In this document: piece by piece, positions 25,073 to 34,240 of the stretch | How the letters are laid out: every line of letters begins with the position of its first letter | How positions within the stretch are numbered: position 1 is the first letter of the stretch | Origin: Octopus bimaculoides | Taxonomy: Eukaryota | Length of the DNA: 42,328 bases | NCBI RefSeq assembly: GCF_001194135.2 | Contig: NC_068989.1 | Coordinates: 4,556,470 to 4,598,797, forward strand | Direction: 5' to 3' | Notes under the pieces: model-generated | The model's input: only the letters and a program-made list of their open reading frames with translations | Told to the model about the DNA's origin: nothing | Databases searched by the model: none | Translations under genes and position numbers: made by a program

Positions 25073-25285
25073 AGGGTATCTAAGAGACACCACCATGCTA
25101 TAATTTTGAAACCTCGGTGCAAACTAGCTTCATCTAGAAAGAGTAGATAAAGTGACGATCCCAGCTAGCGGTGGTGTAATCATTCTCTGCACAAATATCC
25201 CCCAAGGATTAGGATTAAAACCAATAGAATCCTGGATATGCAAATTCCCACGAAGAATTCAGGAGATTTTCAAAAGAGTCATACT
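25073..25285 (+). mobile_element. Penelope-like element RT fragment
   Basis: YLRDTT ... ILCTNIPQGLGLKPIESWICKFPRRI resembles the PLE RT motif 'LYTNIPH..G.EAI..WL.K.P'. It abuts a (TA)n tract. Confidence 0.6.
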
Positions 25286-25625
25286 TGAAGTATTTTATCG
25301 CATGCTTCCGGGTTCAGTCCCACTGCGTGACACTTTGGGCAAGCGTCTTCTACTATAACCTTGTGAGTGGATTTGGTAGACATGAACTGAAAGAAACCCG
25401 TTGTGTATGTATACCTCTGTGTGTGTGTTGTCCCCTAACACCACTTGACAACCGGTGTTGGTGTATTTATTTCCCCATAACTTAACGGTTCGGTAAAAGC
25501 AACAGATAGAATAAGTACCAGGCTTTAAAAAATAAAATAAGTACTGGAATTGATTCATTCAACCAAAAATTCTTCAAGGCGATGCCCCAGCATGGCCGCG
25601 GTCTGATAACTAAAACAAGCAAAAG
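25285..25625 (+). mobile_element. Octopus-type SINE
   Basis: Shares body blocks (gggttcagtcccactgcg..., gatagaataagtaccagg..., ggtgccccagcatggcc) with copies near 138-272, 6370-6560, 20445-20720, 21845-22550 and 36835-37000. Confidence 0.75.
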
Positions 25626-25667
25626 GTAAGAGATAATGATTATTCTAGTGAATAGTAGTTTGAACAA

Positions 25668-25830
25668 GGCGGCGAGCTGGCAGAAGCATTAGCACGTTCT
25701 GAGTTCAGATTCCGTCGAGGTCGACTTTGCCTTTCATCCTTTCGGAGTCGATAATTTAAGTACCAGTTGCGTACTGGGGTCGATCTAATCGACTGGACCC
25801 TTCCCCAAAAATTTCGGGCCTTGTGTCTTG
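25668..25830 (+). mobile_element. Octopus-type SINE (ggcggcgagctggcagaa... family)
   Basis: The core gagttcaaattccg.cgaggtcgactttgcctttcatcctttcggggtcgataaa..aagtaccag recurs at 12110-12250, 33626-33828, 37413-37690, 40095-40292 and 40370-40550. Confidence 0.75.
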
Positions 25831-26717
25831 AGCAGAAAAGAATAGTGGTTTGAATGCAACTCTGACAAAAAACCGACTTCCTAATGTCTAATGCCTTTAG
25901 AGAAAAGCAAATATTTTTCATTGCTTATTATTATTTTTTTTTTTCTTTTGCTGTTTTATTGGAGGAGGTGGCTGTATATTATTTTCAAACAAAAGCCTAA
26001 AAATTTATTTTCACAGCACTAAATTTATTTTGTTTTATTTTAATTTCATTTTAGATTCAATATGAAATTGCCTGGAAGAAAACTGCCAGAAGTGGAAACG
26101 TTTTATTCGTTGATTTATGAGTAAAATTTCATATTTTATTCTATGTTGGTAACTTATGAAGTAAACCTAAGCTTCTTTCTAAAGCCAAAACAGGAAACCA
26201 AAAAAAAAAAGAACAACATTCATTGCATAAAGCATAGGATAGACATCTTTCACTTGGTTTACTGGAGTTGTTTAATGAAAATAACTTTTAGAGATGTCTA
26301 CCTTCATTTGAATGCTGACAACTAGATAATCAGCATCCAGGATGTTTTAGTTTCCATCAAAACGAAAATTCCTAACTTCGTTGTTTTAGTGATGTATATG
26401 AACAATAGATAATTTAATTTTTCACTTAAATTTGATAGAATCAAATATATGAGTTTTCCTGATTTAAAGAAAAAAACGCTATCAGTAATCGTTCAGCCCA
26501 ATTGACTTCTATCTAAGCAGCAATTTATTGTTTTGATATTAATGCCATTCTCAAATACAATTTGCATCATTATGTGAAGTGGAAATATATACAGGAAAGA
26601 GAAAAATTGCATCTCGACTTATACTCGACTTATACTCACTGAAATCATGCTGCATACTCTGTAGAAAACAATCGTTATACATATATATAGTACAGATAAT
26701 TATTAAATACTGAGAAA

Positions 26718-29700
26718 ATGCCAAAGTCTAAAGGAAAAAGCAAAATATTGGCGACCAAATTGACCGAAGGTCTTGGAGAAACGTGTAAGAAAATTAAAGC
26801 AAAAAAGCAAGTGGCTAGAAAACAGACTATTTCCATCAAAGACATATATTATCCAAGGATAAAAGAATATAAGGACAATATTGAGATGATGATAAACAAT
26901 ATAGATAGAAAATGTATTTACTTGGAAAGTATCGGATTAGATAAATATCGTTTTCTACGAGATGTCAAAAATAGATTAGATATTCTGGAGGGGGATATTA
27001 ACAATCATGAATTTATTGTTTTCCCAAAACTGAATTGGTTTCTCGAACGGCTTTTTGAAATCTATGTAAGCAACAATCATTCTACGTACAAGAACATAGC
27101 AATGCCAACGCCATGCAGTAAATTTCGTCATCTCTCTTCAGTTGTCTCAACAACACCAGTGTTTCATGCTTCTGGTGAAGATTCCCAGAACTTAATTACA
27201 AATATTGTCGCAATCTACAATGGAATAGTAACCTATTCACCGCATTTAATGACATTACGCTGTACTACAGCGGATCATGACGACCACGTGCTTCACTGTC
27301 CTTCCCAAGTCACTGATATTGTTAAAATTTGTAGAAACACAGTTATGGTGACAATTCCGTTTCGGAAAAAAATTCTATTCTTCAGTCCTTCTTCTTGCAC
27401 AATGAAAACTTTTCAATACGGTTTTAAGAAGATTTCCTATGTAAAAGATAATGAATTTGTGGGTGTGAAACTCTTTAGCAAAATAATATATCTCGTAGAC
27501 TGGTATAATGATACAATTGAAAGCAAATTTAGCCTAAAAGATGAACCTACAAGCATTGCAATAGCAGAATATCGCCTCTTAGTCACATTTACTAATTTCA
27601 ATCATATTTCTTGCTACAACCTCAATGGTCATCAATTATTTCAATTATACGGCCATTCTTTAGATTCTTCACCAGCCATCACCGTTTATCGTAACTATTT
27701 TTATGTCCTCCAAGGTAATATTATTCATAAAATTTCTCCTACTGGTGATGTATCACAAAGAGAAATTGGAATAAAAGCCCGACATCTTACTCTTGGTAAA
27801 AATATTATTATCTTGTCCGACTATTTAGGTTTTGTGCACATTGTTAGAACAAACAAAGACTTTTGGCCAAGGACAAGCTATTTGCAGAAGTTTCAAACTC
27901 CAGTTTTAAATAATCAAATTTATATAGACGATCCAGGCTATATTCAATGGATTTTGCCTATATCAAGAAACTCTACATTATTTATCTGTTCACGTCTAAA
28001 AGCTGTATTATTCACAGATAATGGAAAAGAAATCCTCGAAAAGACTTGTAATTTCCATTTCCAACCTGATGTCTTTTGTAGATTCAACTCGAACACTTTT
28101 CTTATTCTGTTTAGGGAACAGAAAAAGATTCAATTCATTTCGTACTCCGTTCACTACCCAATACTAAAAGAAGGTCACATCGTAGACGTCCACTTTGATT
28201 ACATTCGAATGTGTCATATGATATTAGATAAGGTTTTGGCTGTGACCACAAGTGAAACTAAAGAGTTACATATCATTTCCATTAAAAATGACAACGTTAT
28301 AATCGAAAACAAAATTTCATTGGAACATGTTGATGTCACCATTGCTGCGACTCCACTCAATTTCATAGTTGGAGATGTGAAGGAAAATAAGCTGCTTTTT
28401 TATTCAAGTTTTGGGGAGAGGCTCTTTGAAAAACAACTGGATTTCGACTTTCATCACATCTACTCCGATAATTTACACTTTTATATTGTGCACAGTAAAG
28501 GTTACTTTCTCAAGTGTTACAATATGTATGGGGAAGTCAAATGGCGATTACAATTTCCTTGCGCTGCTCACTCTCAAATCGGTGTTTTCCAAGGAACTTT
28601 TTCTGTGCTAGACGTTAAGCTCAATAGAGTTCTTTTTTACAAGTATAAAGAATGGTCCAGTTGTCATTCAGATTTAGTAGATCCTTACATTCAAAATATA
28701 GATTTACGAGATTCCTATGAGAATAAGAAAATTCTCATCGCAGATATATGTCTTCTACCAAATGGACAGCTGGTCGTATCAGACATGAACAAATCTTGCT
28801 TGTTATACATTTCCAATGATGGACGTGTTATGTCTACATTATTTCTGCCGTCCTTAGCTACAGATATATGCCGATGGGATAGTAGCCAAATAGGAGTAAC
28901 ATTACCATTGGAGAAAGAATTAAGGGTTATCGGAAATCTATCGAAACGAGTTCGAAGTATATCGTTAAGTAAACCTTATGTATGTGTGCGCAAATTCGGT
29001 AACGGTCGAATTCTTTGCTTTTGTGATAAGCCATGCAATTTAGATATTGTATCGATTCAAAAACACAACCAAGGGGAAATCATTTCTACAATTAGTGTCC
29101 CTTTCGTTATAAAGTCATTAGCCATAGATGACGAAGCATTTAATGTGCTGATTGTTACTAAGAAGAAAGTATTTGAGTGTAAAATCTCATCAAAAGCTGA
29201 CTCCACTCTTTTACCCACCAACTTCAAACCTCAGTGTCTTCTGCGTGGCGGATGCATTGATAAAACTTGTGTTTATCTGATAGACGAAAGTCGACTGTTT
29301 GCTTTAAGTAAGCATAATTTGGAGATGAAGGATCCTCTGACCAGGAATCAGCTTAACAAGTTCATTGATCACGTCGATGTACTTTCCAGAAACATTTGTG
29401 TAACTGAAATGCTGTCTTCGAAACTATATATGCAGGATCTGGCAGTTTCTGATCAATCCCGGGAATGCTTGGTCCCTCGGTGTTTAGGAGACGAAAAAAC
29501 AGTGAACATTCTTTGTTCAGTTATTACTGAAAACAACTTGATTGCAATATGCGATCAAAATAATATAAACGTAAAGGTATTAACTCTTGATGGGAAACTT
29601 CTTGACTCAATCAAACTGGACGTTTTACCCATTCGAATGTGTCGATGGATGCCAAACACATTGGCTATGACAACTACTGCAAATCAATTGTTGTCATTAA

Positions 29701-31760
29701 CAGTTGAATTTCCACTGTCCTTTACCACATACCAGGTGGAAAGAAAATATGGGTGTATCGCTTCTTTCTCAGACAATCAATTAGTTTGTAGTATTCGTCA
29801 AAATATGCAGACTAAGAAAGGTCCCGTAATAATAACAGTAGGAATGGGAACGAATTTTTGGGACGATAAAACAAAAGTGCCTGCCCTTCATATCGTTGAA
29901 CTACTTCCGACATTCCGTGTAATAAAAGAAATAGATTTAGAAGGGAACGAAGTGAATAATGGCTTATTTGATATCGCAGTTAATGTTGATGATGTCATTA
30001 TCGTCTACGCTGCAGGGTATCGTTTAATCAAGAAGTTTATCCTTTTTATGAACCGCAATGGCGAGCGTTTGCATAGTTTTTGTCCCTTGGTGTCTATGAG
30101 AAGTGCGTGTTTAACAATCAACGACGCTTATGTGTTCGCTGCTCTACAGAATTCAAACGATGAAAATATTCGCATTGTTTGTTTGACACACACTGGCAAA
30201 TACAAGAAAATATTTTTAAATTCAGAACATTGTACGCGTCCATTTAATTTCACCAGTATTAGCTGCAAAGGTCCAAAGTTTGTTGGATTTGACAAAGACT
30301 ATTTATATACTGAAGGTATGCTTAAATTAAATCGGGAAAGTTTCCACGTTTGTCAGCTAGTGACTGACCTATGTTCTGTTCAAATAAAAGATATCGATAT
30401 TTCTATGGATGGAAAGACAGTTGTGATTGAAAAGGGCAATACTGGAAATGTTAAACTGTATCAGAGAAATGGGAAGCTGCTATATCACACAGATCTTGAA
30501 ACTTTAGTTGGTGGTGTGTGCTTTTCAGACGAAAACTACATAATAGTCACAGTTCCTGATAGACAAGAAATATTTCAACTGAGCCAAGAAGATTTGGGAA
30601 GGTGTAAGGTCTGGCAAACTTCAGTATCTTATGGATTAATACGGAAAAAAATAAGAAATACTTACTATTGTGTACTTACTAATTTGGCTGAATATCATAC
30701 CATACAGATTGATGACGACCAATTGAAAGTTCTGAAATGTACGTCAATAAAGCTTGGTTCTGTCCTTCATTTCTCTTCCAGTTCGGATACTATAACTCAG
30801 ATAACTAATAAGAAAGTGACAGTTGATCAATTGAGAAGTAGATCAAGGGAAATTGTTGAAAGAGGCCTAAAAGTAAGACGTGGTAATTACATAGCAAGTT
30901 GTACATTGAAGAACGATCAAATAACAATTAGGAGGTTACCTCATAGAACCAAGATGTTTCCAATTTCAACTACAGTTTTTGGTGATCCAAATAGTGGCAG
31001 CGACTTCGGAATCTACAAAAACATACATCTAATTAAGTTACAAGAGGATATAGTTGTACTGCTATACCAGTTTACTCTTATTGTGGCCACAGTAGAAGGT
31101 GACATACTTCAGCAGAGAAAATTTGAAAGAATGCCACTTGACATATGCTACTGGTCGGAAAAGTGTTTCGTTGCCGTCTTCTGTGACGTTAAAGAGCTGA
31201 TGTTCTTCAAAAGTGATCTGACACTTTTAAAAACCATCAACACGGAAAAAATATACAGCATGATTCATAAAAAAAATACTGGTCGATTGGTCTGTGCATA
31301 TGAAGGTGATCCAAATCGGAAACAGCGTCCACATCTGCCATCCTCGTATGTAGATGTACTTCACATTGACGGTGCAACGTATGAATACAGTTGTGAAATG
31401 GATTTTGGAATGGATACAGTCACAGCAATTGGTGTCACATCGAGCGAAGACATCGTTATTCTAAAGCAAAGTGAATCAAGTGAAAGTCTTTGTTGGTATA
31501 GAGATGGATTGGTTAGGCTTCTCGACATACCGTTAAAGAGGTTTCCCAGACGAATAGCAATACACGGTGAAAAAGTGTACATAACGGAAAGAGAGAGTGA
31601 TATTTTACAAGTAACATTGGATACTCCACTGGAAACTTACGTCAGTCTTGCTGATATTGAAGTCTACCTTATATACGATATACATGTTACAGAGGGTTCT
31701 TTGATTCTTCTAGGAGGTTTAGACAACTATTCTTGTGCAGTATTTTGTTACGAAACATGA
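26718..31760 (+). CDS. Single-exon 1680-aa protein: basic N-terminus, short coiled-coil-like segment, six tandem NHL/TolB-like beta-propeller units (TRIM-NHL-like C-terminal type, uncharacterised)
   Basis: Stop-free for 5,043 bp in AT-rich DNA. ATG in aaaATG context with an in-frame TAA 21 nt upstream (26697). Recurrent blade motifs include IADICLLPNGQLVVSD...GRVMSTLFLPSLATDIC..D..QIGVTLP and IKDIDISMDGKTVVIE...GKLLYHTDL...GGVCFSDENYIIVTVP. The coding call is firm; the fold call comes from pattern recognition only. Confidence 0.88.
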   Translation: MPKSKGKSKILATKLTEGLGETCKKIKAKKQVARKQTISIKDIYYPRIKEYKDNIEMMINNIDRKCIYLESIGLDKYRFLRDVKNRLDILEGDINNHEFIVFPKLNWFLERLFEIYVSNNHSTYKNIAMPTPCSKFRHLSSVVSTTPVFHASGEDSQNLITNIVAIYNGIVTYSPHLMTLRCTTADHDDHVLHCPSQVTDIVKICRNTVMVTIPFRKKILFFSPSSCTMKTFQYGFKKISYVKDNEFVGVKLFSKIIYLVDWYNDTIESKFSLKDEPTSIAIAEYRLLVTFTNFNHISCYNLNGHQLFQLYGHSLDSSPAITVYRNYFYVLQGNIIHKISPTGDVSQREIGIKARHLTLGKNIIILSDYLGFVHIVRTNKDFWPRTSYLQKFQTPVLNNQIYIDDPGYIQWILPISRNSTLFICSRLKAVLFTDNGKEILEKTCNFHFQPDVFCRFNSNTFLILFREQKKIQFISYSVHYPILKEGHIVDVHFDYIRMCHMILDKVLAVTTSETKELHIISIKNDNVIIENKISLEHVDVTIAATPLNFIVGDVKENKLLFYSSFGERLFEKQLDFDFHHIYSDNLHFYIVHSKGYFLKCYNMYGEVKWRLQFPCAAHSQIGVFQGTFSVLDVKLNRVLFYKYKEWSSCHSDLVDPYIQNIDLRDSYENKKILIADICLLPNGQLVVSDMNKSCLLYISNDGRVMSTLFLPSLATDICRWDSSQIGVTLPLEKELRVIGNLSKRVRSISLSKPYVCVRKFGNGRILCFCDKPCNLDIVSIQKHNQGEIISTISVPFVIKSLAIDDEAFNVLIVTKKKVFECKISSKADSTLLPTNFKPQCLLRGGCIDKTCVYLIDESRLFALSKHNLEMKDPLTRNQLNKFIDHVDVLSRNICVTEMLSSKLYMQDLAVSDQSRECLVPRCLGDEKTVNILCSVITENNLIAICDQNNINVKVLTLDGKLLDSIKLDVLPIRMCRWMPNTLAMTTTANQLLSLTVEFPLSFTTYQVERKYGCIASFSDNQLVCSIRQNMQTKKGPVIITVGMGTNFWDDKTKVPALHIVELLPTFRVIKEIDLEGNEVNNGLFDIAVNVDDVIIVYAAGYRLIKKFILFMNRNGERLHSFCPLVSMRSACLTINDAYVFAALQNSNDENIRIVCLTHTGKYKKIFLNSEHCTRPFNFTSISCKGPKFVGFDKDYLYTEGMLKLNRESFHVCQLVTDLCSVQIKDIDISMDGKTVVIEKGNTGNVKLYQRNGKLLYHTDLETLVGGVCFSDENYIIVTVPDRQEIFQLSQEDLGRCKVWQTSVSYGLIRKKIRNTYYCVLTNLAEYHTIQIDDDQLKVLKCTSIKLGSVLHFSSSSDTITQITNKKVTVDQLRSRSREIVERGLKVRRGNYIASCTLKNDQITIRRLPHRTKMFPISTTVFGDPNSGSDFGIYKNIHLIKLQEDIVVLLYQFTLIVATVEGDILQQRKFERMPLDICYWSEKCFVAVFCDVKELMFFKSDLTLLKTINTEKIYSMIHKKNTGRLVCAYEGDPNRKQRPHLPSSYVDVLHIDGATYEYSCEMDFGMDTVTAIGVTSSEDIVILKQSESSESLCWYRDGLVRLLDIPLKRFPRRIAIHGEKVYITERESDILQVTLDTPLETYVSLADIEVYLIYDIHVTEGSLILLGGLDNYSCAVFCYET

Positions 31761-31910
31761 ATATTTTCACACTTTCTGGTGTTTTTTGTTTTTATATTAT
31801 CGATTATTTTTCTTTGCAAACGTTACTTATAGGGAGTAAGGAAAGTGGCTTAACTTTGAATCAGCAAAACATCATATGCAATACTTTCCTGCATGCTATT
31901 GCTCTCTGTC

Positions 31911-31947
<37 letters not shown>

Positions 31948-31966
31948 TCTGTCTGTCTGTCTGTGC

Positions 31967-32006
<40 letters not shown>

Positions 32007-32037
32007 TACAGACAGAGAGAGAGAAACGAGTAAAATT

Positions 32038-32755
32038 AAAGTAACTCTCCTATATATAATTGTCTCAAGTTCCGGGTCTCCTGGAGCCGGTTACTCGGTT
32101 TCCGTGGAGGATGAGTAACCGAGATCACAACATTCACACTGAATGGGACACCAGTACATCGCAAAGTTACTCATTCTGAAGCTGAATGAACTGGGGTAAC
32201 ATAAGATGAAGTGTTTTGCTCTCGAGAACACAGCGTACCACCCTGACCCGGGACTTGAAACAATAACCTTGAAATTGTGAGTGTAACATTTTAACCACTA
32301 GTCTGCAGTCTTTCAAATGAAGTGAACGATTGGATATGACCTGGTTTTTGAGCATTAAGCTAAGTTGATGCAGTTTATTTTGCGTTTTCATCGGCCGAAA
32401 CTTATCTAAGTAATCTAAGAACAATTGTGGAAAAAATAACCGTACCCAAGATTCGAATCATATTTAATTAATAGTGCCATATTCTCTCCATTTGTGTTAT
32501 AAACCCAAAAGGATTCTAGAGTTAACAAATGTGTAAGGTAAAAATACATATTCTTCTGTAGTATTAATTCATATTAGCTGGACCCGTGAATGTTTCACGT
32601 AGAAGGTTGCCTCGACAAAATTCTTGTATATATCAAAGATAGTGTCGCATTCAGTGTGAATGTTGTGATCTCGGTTACTCATCCTTCACGGTAACTGAAT
32701 AATCGGTTCTAGGAGTCCTGGGATTTGAAACAATTATATTTAAGGGAGTTACTTT
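32038..32755. repeat. Inverted pair of related SINE segments (32038-32151 / 32642-32755)
   Basis: The left arm aaagtaactctcc...ggatgagtaaccgagatcacaacattcacactgaatgggacac matches the reverse complement of the right arm, including an exact 36-nt core. Confidence 0.85.
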
Positions 32756-33625
32756 ACTTTTAGTCATTATTTTAATGCAGCGCAACGCGGGAAATGCAAA
32801 AATACTTTCTGGTGTGGACATAAGAGTACGATAAACTCATCGTTTTTTTTTTTGTTATTTTTTGTGAAATTTCATTTTGACTTGATCAATTCCTCTTCAA
32901 AGAACATATTTGTCATTAACGGCTGTTTATGATTGGAGTGGATCAAATGAAAGGCAACAATTGAGGTGATTTGATATGAATGCAATAATTTGATATTAAT
33001 ATATGTATATGATTTTCTTATATAAACAAATATATACATTCTCTGAAAGACGGTACTTATATATAATTTTTTCTTCTCAAAAGCTGTTCACGCTACGGCT
33101 TGTTCCAATAGTGTACCATTCGTATGTATTCTCCTAGCACGCGTGTGTAGTATGTACATAGATTGTTGATGTAATTTCATCTCGTTATGCGATTTTAGTC
33201 TTCTTCAGAAAAACTATTCGTTATTCAATTTATTCACTTAAGAACTATTTGTATATGGGTACCCATTACACATTACTCATTGGGCAGAGTATGCTTTGCT
33301 GTAAAAAATTATTACACCGTAACATTTTTATTGCTTTCACTAATTGACTTTGAAGATCATTTTCTGTATTATGTATTTTATCCAACAATTTCTGTCAACT
33401 GATCTTATTGTAGTTATCCCCCTTGCTAAGAGATTTAAGCACTCCTAGACGTAGTTTTGTCTACCAATTATTTGGACATGCTCAATTCATCAAAGTTTTA
33501 TTTTTTTCTTTGTTCATTTCTCCTTATTTCATGAGTAAGTTATAACTAAAACGTAATATATGTTAGTAAACTATTGAAATGTTCAATAATTATGCTGTTG
33601 GAATTGGTACAAATAATTACTTCTA

Positions 33626-33828
33626 AAGTTTTGGCACAAGGCTAACAGTTTTGAGAGGAGTGGAGAATCGATTATATTGACCTCGGCGATCAACTCGTAC
33701 TTATTTTATCGACCTCGAAAGAATGGAAGTCAAAGTTCTCCACGGCATTTGAGCTCAAAACGTAAAGAAGGAAGAAATCCTGCTAAGCGTTTTGTCTCGG
33801 GTGCTAATGATTCTACCAGCTCGCTACC
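33626..33828 (-). mobile_element. Octopus-type SINE (decayed)
   Basis: Reverse complement of the same SINE core (tacttattttatcgacctcgaaagaatggaagtcaaagtt...). Confidence 0.65.
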
Positions 33829-34164
33829 CCTAATTGGTACGAATAATGAAATATCAATACGAAACTTCTATGATCCCCCAAAATCTTTTTTGTTCTTTTG
33901 CATGGTCCCTAAAAGTGTGCCGTGTCAAAATTACAAATTTCTGTTTTCGAGAAGAAATTACTTATAGAAACTTCTTACTAGATCCTCATGAAGACAATTA
34001 TTAAATCAATGTTGCCATATTTAATATAGTGTGCAGACACATGGTCTAGTGTTTGCAATCAGAAGTCGACTGGTGTTGTGGCCTTGAGCAAAGTACCTCA
34101 TTTCAGTTTATCATTTCAGTTTATCAACTCAAAACGAGTACCAACCAGGTACTTGTGTAGCTAG

Positions 34165-34240
<76 letters not shown>

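Noticed and set aside
26718-31760. Viral or transposon origin for the large ORF
   Set aside because: No RT, integrase, transposase, helicase or capsid motifs were recognised, and no flanking TIRs, LTRs or target-site duplication.
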